Source of the DNA: Macrostomum lignano
Taxonomy: Eukaryota
DNA: 64,000 bases
Reading direction: 5' to 3'
Assembly: GCA_002269645.1 (NCBI GenBank)
Contig: NIVC01001630.1
Location: 124,001-188,000 of the forward strand
The notes below the pieces were generated by a model. The model did not search any database and was not told where the DNA came from. It was given only the letters and a program-made list of their open reading frames with translations. Position 1 is the first letter of the stretch; each line of letters opens with the position of its first letter. A program made the translations under genes and the position numbers. This document shows, one piece after another, positions 1 to 11,675 of this stretch.

Positions 1-2335
1 TTTGACATGGTGGCTCTTTAACGTTCGACATGGTGGCTCTTTAATGTTAGACATGGTGGCTCTTTAATGTTTTACATGGTGGCTCTTTTATGTTCGACAT
101 GGTGGCTCTTTAACGTTCGACATGGTGGCTCTTTAATGTTCGACATGGAGTCACATATATGTTGGACATGGTGGCTCTTTAATGTTGGACATGGTGGCTC
201 TTTAAATTTTTTTCATGGTGGCTTTTAAATGTTTGACATGGTGGCTCTTTATTATTTGACATGGTGGCTCTTTAATGTTTGACATGGTGGTTCTTTAATG
301 TTCGACATGGTGGCTCTTTAATGTTCGACGTGGTGGCTCTTTAATGTTTGACATGGTGGCTCTTTAATGTTTGACATTGTAGCTCTTAAATGTTCGACAT
401 GGTGGTTCTTTTACGTTTGACATGGTGGCTCTTTAATGTTTGACATTGTAGCTCTTAAATGTTCGACATGGTGGTTCTTTTACGTTTGACATGGTGGCTC
501 TTTAATTTTCGACATGTTGGCTCTTTTATGTTTGACATGGTAGCTCTTTAATTTTCGACAAAGTGGCTCTTTAATGTTTGACATGGTGGCTCGTTAATGT
601 TTGACATGGTAGCTCTTTAATGTTCGATGTGGTGGCTCTTTAATGTTCGACAGAGTGGCTCTTTAATGTTTGACATGGTAGCTTTTTAATTTTCGACATG
701 TCGGCTCTTTTATGTTTGACATGGTGGCTCTTTAATGTTTGATATGGTGGCTCTTTTTTGTTTTACATGGTGGGTCTTTAATGTTCGACATGATGGCTCT
801 TTAATGTTTGACATGGTGGCTCTTTAATGTTTGACCTGGTGGCACTTTACTGTCTGCAATGATGGCTCTTTAATGTTTGACATGGAGTCACGTATACGCT
901 TGACATGGTGACTCGTTAATGTTGGACATGGTGGCTTTTTAATGTTCGACATGGTGACACTTTAATGTCTGAAATGATGGCTCTTTAATGTTTGACATGG
1001 AGTCACGTATACGCTTGACATGGTGACTCGTTAATGTTTGTCATGGTGGCTCTTTAACGTTCGACATGGTGGCTCTTTAATGTTAGACATGGTGGCTCTT
1101 TAATGTTTTACATCTTGGCTCTTTTATGTTCGACATGGTGGCTCCTTAACGTTCGACATGGTGGCTCTTTAATGTTCGACATGGAGTCACATATATGTTG
1201 GACATGGTGGCTCTTTAATGTTAGACATGGTGGCTCTTTAAATTTTTTTCATGGTGGCTCTTAAATGTTTGACATGGTGGCTCTTTATTATTTGACATGG
1301 TGGCTCTTTAATGTTTGACATGGTGGTTCTTTAATGTTCAACATGGTGGCTCTTTAATGTTCGACGTGGTGGCTCTTTAATGTTCGACAGAGTGGCTCCT
1401 TTATGTTTGACATGGTGGCTCTTTAATTTTCGACATGTTGGCTCTTTTATGTTTGACATGGTAGCTCTTTAATTTTCGACAAAGTGGCTCTTTAATGTTT
1501 GACATGGAGTCACGTATACGCTTGACATGGTGACTCGTTAATGTTGGACATGGTGGCTTTTTAATGTTCGACATGGTGACACTTTAATGTCTGAAATGAT
1601 GGCTCTTTAATGTTTGACATGGAGTCACGTATACGCTTGACATGGTGACTCGTTAATGTTTGTCATGGTGGCTCTTTAACGTTCGACATGGTGGCTCTTT
1701 AATGTTAGACATGGTGGCTCTTTAATGTTTTACATCTTGGCTCTTTTATGTTCGACATGGTGGCTCCTTAACGTTCGACATGGTGGCTCTTTAATGTTCG
1801 ACATGGAGTCACATATATGTTGGACATGGTGGCTCTTTAATGTTAGACATGGTGGCTCTTTAAATTTTTTTCATGGTGGCTCTTAATTGTTTGACATGGT
1901 GGCTCTTTATTATTTGACATGGTGGCTCTTTAATGTTTGACATGGTGGTTCTTTAATGTTCAACATGGTGGCTCTTTAATGTTCGACGTGGTGGCTCTTT
2001 AATGTTCGACATGTTGGCTCTTTTATGTTTGACATGGTAGCTCTTTAATTTTCGACAAAGTGGCTCTTTAATGTTTGACATGGTGGCTCGTTAATGTTTG
2101 ACATGGTGGCTCTTTTATGTTTGACATGATGGCTCTTTAATGTTTGACATGGTGGCTCTTTAATGTTTGACATGGTGGCTCTTTAATGTTTGACATGGTG
2201 GCTCTTTAACGTTTGGCATGGTGGCTCTTTTATGTTCAACATGGTGGCTCTAATGTTTGACATGGTGGCTCTTTTATGTTTGGCATGGTGGCTCTTTAAT
2301 GTTCGACATGGTGGCTCTTCTATGTTTGACATTGC
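1..2335. repeat. 23-bp minisatellite (TTTGACATGGTGGCTCTTTAATG)n
   Basis: Period of 23 read directly (GACATGG at 4, 27, ...). It is the reverse complement of the array at 36785-39370. Confidence 0.95.
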
Positions 2336-2935
2336 GCTTCTTTTATGTTTAGCATTTTGTGTTTTTAAGGTGTTTTAATAAAAAAATCTTTTGCAGTACT
2401 AAGATTCGAACCCAGGTCGCCACATTAGCAGTCAGTCTTCTCGCATCTAGGCTATCTGTTTTTAATTTGAGACCATGAATTGTGGCCCTTATAACTCAAT
2501 TCTTACAGCAAGTCAATTGAAGTAAAAAGTTATGACATAATCAATTTTTCAGTCAGCCAGTATCAGTCTCAATTTAAGTTAGCAATATGGTTACGCAATT
2601 TTAATCAAGTCGTGTGTGCATTTCTTCGACACTGTTTTCTACTTGTTGTGATGCAATCTTTATCACAATCGGAATCCAGCCAGTCAGTTTTTTCTCTAGC
2701 ATTCTTACAATGCATTTCAAGTCGAAAATTTTGCTTGACCTTTGCAAAAAAGCATGTTTTTCGAGTATTTAATCCCTTTATCATAGAGCAATTTCTTAGC
2801 CAAGATGCATGTACCGTCCCAGGAAAATTTCTGATCGAATGGTGCAAGTTTGAAGAAAATCGGTTGAGCCATTTTTTTCTGAAATCTATCGCATACCTAC
2901 CTACCCACAGACAACTTATTTTTAGTATATAAGGA
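1..2935 (-). mobile_element. Non-autonomous Helitron-like element copy H0 (5' part; runs off the left edge)
   Basis: The minus strand begins TCCTTATATACTAAAAATAAG at about 2935. The next ~600 bp align by eye with 36182-36780, 40007-40600 and 46957-47610, followed by the same 23-bp array as copy H1. Confidence 0.75.
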
Positions 2936-3333
2936 AGGAAGGAAGGAATATAGGATGTGGAATGAAGTTTGGTAAAATATGCCTAAGAACTTCCCTTGCT
3001 TCGCCTACCACAATACCTTATGTTTCCTATTGGTATTTTTAAGGAAGGCTTATGTTTGTTTTAGGAAGGAAGGAAGGAATGTTTTATCTTTTAGAGAGCG
3101 TGGTCTTTTAAAACTTAAAATGTTTTCCTGATCTTTCTATAAAAGCAACCCACTGAGAGGGTGAATCTTTGTTCTATTTTTAGCACAATTGTTATATGGT
3201 ACTATTTTTGCTGATACTATTTTTAGCACAATAGAACTTAATAATACTGTTCAATTTTGGCTTCATTCATCTGTATTAGTTATTCCAATTTCAATTGCAG
3301 TTTATCTAACAGCTTAGCAAAAAATTAGTCAGC

Positions 3334-3509
3334 ATGTCCCAGCTGCTATCAACAGCAGATTCATGCGCCCGCGCTGTTGCTGGTCTGGCTGATTTGGCTG
3401 AGGAGTTCTCTGCCAGCATGCGGCAGGAATATCTGGATTGTGTGGCTTCCACCCCGGCTGCGTCAGCACGATCGTGGCCTGACCAGTCAGCTTTGGTTGC
3501 TAGAATACG
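3334..3509 (+). CDS. IAP exon 1 (MSQLLSTADS...ARI)
   Basis: ATG at 3334; phase-2 donor CG|GTGGGT matches the exon 2 acceptor. No domain support within this exon. Confidence 0.6.
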
Positions 3510-6500
3510 GTGGGTTTATACTTGTACTTTTATCCTCATGATGACCGATGCTTCGGCGTCACTTCAAGACTTTCAGTGTCTTGCTTCAGTGTCTCTTCAT
3601 GACTGCTTCAGTGTCACTTCATGACTGCTTCAGTGTCTGTTCATGTCTGCTTCAGTGTCTCTTCATGACTGCTTCAGTGTCACTTCATGACTGCTTCAGT
3701 GTCACTTCATGACTGCTTCAGTGTCACTTCATGACTGCTTCAGTGTCTGTTCATGACTGCTTCAGTGTCTGTTCTTGACTGCTTCAGTGTCTCTTCATGA
3801 CTGCTTCAGTGTCACTTCATGACTGCTTCAGTGTCACTTCATGACTGCTTTAGTGTCACTTCATGACTGCTTCAGTGTCACTTCATGACTGCTTCAGTGT
3901 CACTTCATGACTGCTTCAGTGTCACTTCATGACTGCTTCAGTGTCTGTTCATGACTGCTTCACTGTCTGTTCTTGACTGCTTCAGTGTCTCTTCATGACT
4001 GCTTCAGTGTCTCTTCATGACTGCTTCAGTGTCTCTTCATGACTGCTTCAGTGTCTCTTCATGACTGCTTCAGTGTCTCTTCATGACTGCTTCAGTGTCT
4101 GTTCATGACTGCTTCAGTATTTGTTCATGAATGCGTCAATGTCTACTCATGACTGCTTCAGTGTCTACTCATGACTGCTTCAGTGTCTACTCACATGAAT
4201 GCTTCAGAGTCTACTCATGAATGCTTCAGTGTCTACTCATGAATGCTTCAGTGTCTACTCATGAATGCTTCAGTGTCTACTCATGAATGCTTCAGTGTCT
4301 ACTCACATGAATGCTTCAGTGTCTACTCACATGAATGCTTCAGTGTCTACTCATGACTGCTTCAGTGTCTACTCATGACTGCTTCAGTGTCTACTCATGA
4401 CTGCTTCAGTGTCTACTCATGACTGCTTCAGTGTCTACTCATGGATGCTTCAGTGTCTCTTCATGACTGCTTCAGTGTCTCTTCATGACTGCTTCATTGT
4501 CTCTTAAACTGCAATGCCATATTCAGTTACTGATGATTCAGTTACTATCGTCAGCGTCAGACCGGAACCCGGCAAGTGGAGTATTTAGATTACCGAACTC
4601 ACTTATCTGACTACTCAGACTCAGCCGCACCTGTCAATCAAATCGATATGCGTCTGGAACTGAACAGACGGGCCAGCTTTGCCTATTATCAAACCGAACA
4701 GAATGGAGTGCTGCTGGATCAGCTGGCAGCATGCGGCTTTTATTGCTGTCAAACTGGCTTGATTAATGATACTACTGCCATGTTTAAATGTGCATTCTGT
4801 CTGGGCATTATCACTAGCGATCGTATTGATTCGAATACTAGCAATTGGAATACTGTTTGGCAGTTGCATCGGGCTCTGTACTCGCTGTGTCCATTTGTAA
4901 TTGGAATGCAGGTTTGCTCTGGGTTTTTTTGGGGGGATACTTATATCTGCCGATATGTTTCGGGGTCAAGAAAGGGAGAAGGTGTCAAGGAAGGGAGAGC
5001 GGAGACGGGGTCAGGGAAGGGAGAGGGGTCAGGGAAGGGAGAGGGGGTCAGGGAAGGGAGAGGGGTCAGGGAAGGGAGAGGGGGTCAGGGAAGGGAGAGG
5101 GGGTCAAGGAAGGGAGAGAGGGTCAGGGAAGGGAGAGGGGGTCAGGGAAGGGAGAGGGGGTCAGGGAAGGGAGAGGGGGTCAGGGAAGGGAGAGGGGGTC
5201 AGGGAAGGGAGAGGGGGTCAGTGAAGGGAGAAGGGGTCAGTGAAGGGAGAGGGGGTCAGTGAAGGGAGAGGGGGTCAGGAAAAGAGAGTGTCAGGATGAG
5301 AGAGGCTGAGTATCCTAAATGAATTTATATCAGGTCTTACAGCCTCTCAATGTTTCTACCAAACCCGCCCACTCAATCAATCAGGTTGGCAACGTGCCAA
5401 TTTCTCCATCGGACACCAGCTGCTCAACTCCAGTCCAGTGCACCGAGTCAAACCGCCCACCAGACGCTGTCCATCAGCCATTGTGGTGCACCCAGAATGG
5501 GCGAGAATTTCATCTAACACCAGATTATAGTTTAGCATTGCCGCCGCCCTCTGGAAGAAGTTTACAGGCCATTGCTTTTGCTAAATCCGACGCCGCTACT
5601 CGTAGTAGTAGTTGGAGTAGTTGCGAATCTCTATCGCTCGAATCTTGCCCTCCAGTGTCTCCTAGTAGAGCCAGACAAGCTTGCCGCGAGGAAGCTGAAG
5701 ATGCAGCTTCAATTAGAAATCTGCCTCGAGTGTCGGACTTTAAGAATCGACTCAGTCAGCTGCGATGCGACGAAGATATTGACGCATTCGACTCTTGCTG
5801 GTGCTGGAATCGCAGACTGACAGCCTGGGAGTTGGCTAGTGCTGGATTTCTTCCTGTCAATAATGGAATTGATCGGGTGGAGTGCTACTGCTGCGATTTG
5901 GAATTGAGACTTGACTGGACTGAGCTGGCTTCGCCGTGTGATGCCTGGGTTCAGCACGCCAGGTGGTCACCGAGGTGCGCTCATGTGCTGGGCAAGCGTG
6001 GCGTTGAATTTGTGCTCGCTGTACAAGCTAGAATGCCTGCCTTTGTTGGGGTGAGTTGCGGAGTTCTTAGTGCAGATAAAGCGACTTTTTTAAAAAAAAA
6101 AGAAGAAAAAAAAGAGACTGGGGGAGACTGGAAGAGTTAGGAGGAGAGACGTGTAGAGATGAAGGGAGAGACAGGTAGAGACACTGGAAGAGACAGGTAA
6201 AGACAAGGGAAGAGACAGGTAGAGACACTGGAAGAGACAGGTAAAGACAAGGGAAGAGACAGGTAAAGACAAGGGAAGAGACAGGTAAAGACAAGGGAAG
6301 AGACAGACAGGTAAAGACACTGGAAGAGACAGGTAAAGACAAGGGAAGAGACAGGTAAAGACAAGGGAAGAGACAGGTAAAGACAAGGGAAGAGACAGAC
6401 AGGTAAAGACACTGGAAGAGACAGGTAAAGACAAGGGAAGAGACAGGTAAAGACAAGGGAAGAGACAGGTAAAGACAAGGGAAGAGACAGACAGGTAGAG

Positions 6501-7404
6501 ACAAGGGAAGAGACAGGTAAAGACAAGGAAGAGACAGGTAAAGACAAGGGGAGAGACAGGGAAAGATAAGGGGAGAGACAGGTGAAGATAAGGAGAGAGA
6601 CAGGTGAAGATAAGGAGAGAGACAGGTGAAGATAAGGAGAGAGACAGGTGAAGATAAGAAGAGAGACAGGTGAAGATAAGGAGAGAGACAGGTGAAGATA
6701 AGGAGAGAGACAGGTGAAGATAAGGAGAGAGACAGGTGAAGATAAGGAGAGAGACAGGTGAAGATAAGGAGAGAGACAGGTGAAGATAAGGAGAGAGACA
6801 GGTGAAGATGCCGATATGCCCGCAGGTGCCGCTGCCGCAGGCGATGGCACAGCAGCCCCGAACCGGACTCTTCAACCGGAGTTCTTCCACATCTTCGATG
6901 CCATCCGCGGTGTCCCACCTTCGACTACGTCAGTCGACCGGGACGGTGACACCTCTAGAGATTCGCAGTCGCGCCGAGCTGCCCTCTGTTATTAATCTGT
7001 CCCGGTTGCTAGGCAATCCGAGTCGCTCCGAGTCTACCGTTGCCATGGAGATGCGTCTGCGTCTGGTTGGTGACGACTATCCCGAGGCGGGCGCCGGGAC
7101 CGCCAGCCTCCTGGAAGCCGCTTGGCGTCAGCGCGATCTGATGCAGCTGGAGTCTCTGGACAGGCCCGAACAGCTTCTGCAGCTCGCGATGGCCAGGCTT
7201 GCTGCTGCTGCTGCTGCTTCTCAGTTGAGTCAGCCAGCTGCCTCAGACTCGTGTCGCCTGTGCTCAAACCGGCTGGCCTGCGTGGCTTACCTGCCCTGCG
7301 GCCACGTGGCCTGCTGCAGGCTCTGCTCCAAAGGGGACTCGGCTAGAATCTGCCCCGTCTGTCGGCTGGGAGTCTGCACCAGAATGCTGGTGACCGCCTG
7401 GTAG
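3334..7404 (+). CDS. Inhibitor of apoptosis (IAP/BIRC family) protein, BIR-BIR-RING, ~613 aa; exons 3334-3509, 4542-4911, 5334-6050, 6826-7404
   Basis: GT-AG introns with compatible phases (2,0,0); CDS is 1842 nt. BIR1: RRASF..LAACGFY..CAFC..H-x6-C. BIR2: LASAGF..DRVECYCC..HARWSPRC. C-terminal IAP-type RING: CRLC..YLPCGHVACCRLC..CPVCR. Confidence 0.88.
3575..4505. repeat. 22-bp minisatellite (CATGACTGCTTCAGTGTCACTT)n filling IAP intron 1
   Basis: Direct reading. Confidence 0.95.
4542..4911 (+). CDS. IAP exon 2 (BIR1)
   Basis: Acceptor TACTGATGATTCAG|T, BIR motif, donor CAG|GTTTGC. Confidence 0.85.
5005..5285. repeat. 18-19-bp G-rich minisatellite (GGGGTCAGGGAAGGGAGA)n in IAP intron 2
   Basis: Direct reading. 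Confidence 0.95.
5334..6050 (+). CDS. IAP exon 3 (Ser/Pro-rich linker + BIR2)
   Basis: Acceptor ATATCAG|GTC, donor GGG|GTGAGT, 717 nt in phase 0. Confidence 0.88.
6140..6805. repeat. Two adjacent 22-bp purine-rich minisatellites (GGAAGAGACAGGTAAAGACAAG; GGAGAGAGACAGGTGAAGATAA) in IAP intron 3
   Basis: Direct reading. Confidence 0.95.
6826..7404 (+). CDS. IAP exon 4 (RING finger, stop)
   Basis: Acceptor CCCGCAG|GTG, C3HC4 RING, TAG at 7402-7404. Confidence 0.88.
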   Translation: MPLPQAMAQQPRTGLFNRSSSTSSMPSAVSHLRLRQSTGTVTPLEIRSRAELPSVINLSRLLGNPSRSESTVAMEMRLRLVGDDYPEAGAGTASLLEAAWRQRDLMQLESLDRPEQLLQLAMARLAAAAAASQLSQPAASDSCRLCSNRLACVAYLPCGHVACCRLCSKGDSARICPVCRLGVCTRMLVTAW

Positions 7405-7454
7405 GGTGGACTGCGGCCACATGGGTTTAATTATTTTTGGGTCACTGTGACCTC

Positions 7455-8127
7455 TCCCAGATCCCCAGTTGCTGGGCCACCAGCCTCCCAAATCCTCAGT
7501 TGCTGGGCCACCAGCCTCCCAGATCCTCAGTTGCTGGGCCACCAGCCTCCCAGATCCTCAGTTGCTGGGCCAGCAGCCTCCCAAGTCCTCAGTTGCTGGG
7601 CCACCAGCCTCCCAGATCCTCAGTTGCTGGGCCACCAGCCTCCCAGATCCTCAATTGCTGGGCCAGCCTCCCAGATCCTCAGTTGCTGGGCCACCAGCCT
7701 CCCAGATCCTCAGTTGCTGGGCCAACAGCCTCCCAAGTCCTCAGTTGCTGGGCCACCAGCCTCCCAGATCCTCAGTTGCTGGGCCACCAGCCTCCCAGAT
7801 CCTCAATTGCTGGGCCAGCCTCCCAGATCCTCAATTGCTGGGCCAGCCTCCCAGATCCTCAGTTGCTGGGCCAGCCTCCCAGATCCTCAGTTGCTGGGCC
7901 AGCCTCCCAGATCCTCAGTTGCTGGGCCACCAGCCTCCCAGATCCTCAGTTGCTGGGCCACCAGCCTCCCAGATCCTCGGTTGCTGGGCCACCAGCCTCC
8001 CAGATCCTCAGTTGCTGGGCCAGCCTCCCAGATCCTCAGTTGCTGGGCCAGCCTCCCAGATCCTCAGTTGCTGGGCCACCAGCCTCCCAGATCCTCAGTT
8101 GCTGGGCCAGCCTCCCAGATCCTCAGT
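7455..8127. repeat. 27-31-bp minisatellite (CTCAGTTGCTGGGCCACCAGCCTCCCAGATC)n downstream of the IAP stop
   Basis: Direct reading. An AATAAA near 8349 suggests it lies in the 3' UTR or a UTR intron. Confidence 0.9.
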
Positions 8128-10454
8128 TTCAGATTTCAGATTGTAAAGGACAAAGACTTAAAAAGTTTGCATTTTACATTTTTTAACATGCTGAAGTTTT
8201 TTTCGCCAGTGCCTTCATCTGTCTTTTGGTGCGAATTTAATTGTGTGCAGGATGTAAATTTTTATTGAAATGTCTGTACAAAAATATAATTTTATATTCT
8301 ATTTTTGTTATAATTCATGTTTTATATATGATACAATATATATATATAAATAAATTAGCAGTTTTTGCTAGTGATATTTTTTGAAAGTTTCTCAAGCTTC
8401 AATGAATTGAAGAAGTAACTTAATTGATGATAATATATTTTTGTAAACTCTTTTTATTTTTGTGCAGTGTTAATGGGGAAATGAAATCCAGCAATAAAAA
8501 AATCCTATTAGAACACAGTAGTGCATTGCCATTTACTCAACACTTTCCAATGCACAACTAAGTTAGGACGTGAAGCTGAGCTCAAAACTTAGGCAAATCA
8601 CACATCGCACCTAAAAATCATTTTAAAATTGCATGGCACAGCTCAACTAATTGATGTTATGAATCGATTTCATCAATCCCCCCGTTACATATTTTGTTAC
8701 ACAGTCAGTTAAGAATGTTAAAATACGAGCCGTATACGACGCATAATTTTTTAAACGAAAATCCTTAAGAATATCAATAGAGCTATAAGAAAGGCATGTC
8801 ATCAAATCAAAAGATAAATATTGCATATTCGATTCGTCTGCCTCTTATCAAAAGCAAAAACATTTTAGTGCTGAAAATATGAAAAGCTATATGAATTTTC
8901 CAAAAAATGACAGTTTCCTCGTCCAGCTTTAATAATCCTTGAATGGAAGATAATTGATGATAGATCAATTTGACTTCGAGATTAATATGTATTAACTAGC
9001 CGTACATAATAGCTCGTACTATACAGTATATGACAAAAGGTTCAAGCAAATTCTCTTTCAATACTCTGTGAAGTCAACCGAAGTTGCATGGACTTCTAGA
9101 TAGTTGCACATTGTTGATTTCATGTACAGGTAATCAGTTCGTTCAGTACTGTTAAATTCATAATCATAGCTTGGAAAAGTCAAGAGGTCTATATGATACA
9201 TGTATTTGAGGGTAATGAGTGTGTAATTGTGCGTATGCATTTTTACACAGTCTGCAGCACTCAGACTTGAACGGTGTCATATAATAAAATATGTTGGGGG
9301 TAGAGAGGTCGGTACATGTACTGTAGTACTGTGGAATTTCCTCCAAATACAGTGTGGTCAGTGCTTTCTGGCAGTTAAATAAAATTTTCTATTGTTTTCA
9401 CAGCTATAAATGTGCATGCACAGAAACACATTCTGACAGTGCCCAAAATAGAAATTCAAGTACAGTTTTAAGGTTTTTATTCATGAAAGTACAATACCAA
9501 AGTGCAAGGGGTGTGGCAGAAGTTATTCGTCAAGCGTATGGACGCCTCTTAATTTCATTTAGTTTTAAGGAGTGCTATTTTTAGAAGCCGTGGAAGCCGT
9601 GGACTCAACGTTTCCTAGAACAGGGAAAACCTTTTTTACCTTTAGGACCAGCTAGAGAACCCAGCGCATGACTGCGGGCCAGATGATGGAAGAGAGGAGA
9701 GAGAGTAGAGAAGAGATAAGAGACGAGAGGAGAGGAGAGAAGAGAGAGGAGATGACAGTATAGAAGAAGAGAGGAGAGTGGAGAAGGGAAATGTGAGAGA
9801 AGGGAGGGGAGAGGAAAGATGAGGGAGGAGAAAATAGAGATAAGAGATAAGAGAAGAGAAGAGAGCAGAAGAGGACGGGATTGCTATTCTGAAGTTTCGA
9901 AGGACCCGGACGGAGGGCCGGATAGAGAGGCATAGCGGGCCGGAGTTTCCGCCACCCCCTGGTCTAGAATGATGGAATTCGGACTGAATGCAAACTTTAG
10001 CCTGAATGGCCCGTTTTTCCAAAGATTTTGTCTTGCGAGCTCACATGATAAAAATGAGACAACAAGAAATGAAATGGGTGATTTTTATCAAACAGTTGCA
10101 CTCTATTCTCCAATGGACCAACCTTTGACTTTCTTCTCCAGGCTTCCAGCTGCCAAGCTGCATCAATTCACTCATCGGCTTCGCTACTCACAAACTGTTA
10201 ATTTGCTGTTAGAAAACACAGATATTGAACGACAATTTATAAGATAGGATCCGTGGCATAAGAATCAACCTTCGCATCATTTATATCCTTTGCAGCTGAC
10301 GACATTGTGACACCGTCATCCAGTCATTCCATTAACTATAAAACTTTCATTCGAAGGGTAAGTGCTCAAAGTTACTCAAGTTACTAGCAATCCAGCCCGT
10401 TCGGGGAGTGCAAAAAGAAAAATGAAAATATTGCTAATATATTAAAGAATAGAC

Positions 10455-10742
10455 CAATGCTTCCAGTAAGCATTGGCATCTCAGCGATTCCCCCAGCTGT
10501 ACGCCTTGACAATAACATCTTAGCAATGCTCCCAGTAAGCCTTGACATCTCAACAATCCCACCATAAGCCTTGACATCATAGAAATTCCCCATAAGCCTT
10601 GACATCCCAGCAATTCCCCATAAGCCTTGGCATCTCAGCAATTCCCTAATAAGCCTTGACATCTCAACGATTCCCCCAGCTGTAAGCCTTGACATCTTAG
10701 CAATTCCCCCAGCTGTAAGCCTTGACATCTCAGCAATTCGCT
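10455..10742. repeat. Degenerate minisatellite (AAGCCTTGACATCTCAGCAATTCCCC)n
   Basis: Direct reading. Reverse-complement relatives (GAGATGTCAAGGCT) occur at 45940-46860. Confidence 0.85.
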
Positions 10743-11675
10743 TCAAAAGCGAAAAGGCCCAAAAAGATTCGCTTCACACTCTTCTCTTGCTACTCTTCAG
10801 GAGGCGATTTCGTAAAATAGAAATTGGAAATCGCATCGATCAAGTTTAGGCCCAAATGAAGTTTCCTAAGTAGTATTATGCATCAACGCCAGTATTTGCC
10901 AACCTCTATATAATTGTGAAGCAGAATGAGAACCTAATTAAATGAGATGAGAGAGAATAAGAGGCTCACAGCAGGTAATTGATCACTTTTAAAGCCTTCA
11001 GGTTCACCTGAAATTCTTATTTTCCTCATTAACCCTGATTGAAAATTACAGTGAATGATAGAGATGCCATTTTGTGATGAATCTTGTCACATTGTCGGTT
11101 AAGTAGTGGCGTCCGATAAACTTGAGAATCTACCACTTTTACGTTCACATAAAAATCTTCATTTTTTCATTTCGCTAGACTTGTGCGCACTTGTAGATTT
11201 TAGCACAGAATAGGGCCCAGACCGCCGTTTCACAAATGCTTCCATGAGCTTTACATACTTTTGCATATTGACTTTTTTCGGAACTGATTTAATCGTTGGG
11301 TCTGTAATTTTCTCAACAATCTAAATTTCTGACGAGTCGAAATGAATAGAATAGCCTGGGTTAATAGAGCATGATCCTGTCGCTTTTTATTACTCTAGTA
11401 AAAGTTAGCCTCACTAGCCTCACTAGAAAGCATAAAATCTCTTGGAAAGCAGGCCTCAAACCTGCCAGTGACTATACTAGCGCATCATTGCCTTCAAATT
11501 TTGCTCAAAATATTCTCTTTAACAGTTGAATTATTCCACTCCACTGTTTTTTCCAGATTGCCGGCATTTTGCTGAAATTGGCTGAAAATGAGCATCGTTA
11601 TAGAGTGAGTGTCCTACACAGCAATTATATCCTCTTTTCTCTTCAATAAGAATCTCTCCAACATTTTCTCCTATA

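Noticed and set aside
2605-2932. ORFs in the Helitron 5' arm (also 36191-36524, 39931-40297, 46900-47362)
   Set aside because: Reading frames are not conserved between the four copies, and there are no Rep/helicase motifs.
4845-8268. Long low-complexity ORFs around the IAP gene (GRERG.., SLSSPV.., PPASQIL..)
   Set aside because: They are translations of intronic or downstream minisatellites open in several frames; the spliced model explains the real exons.
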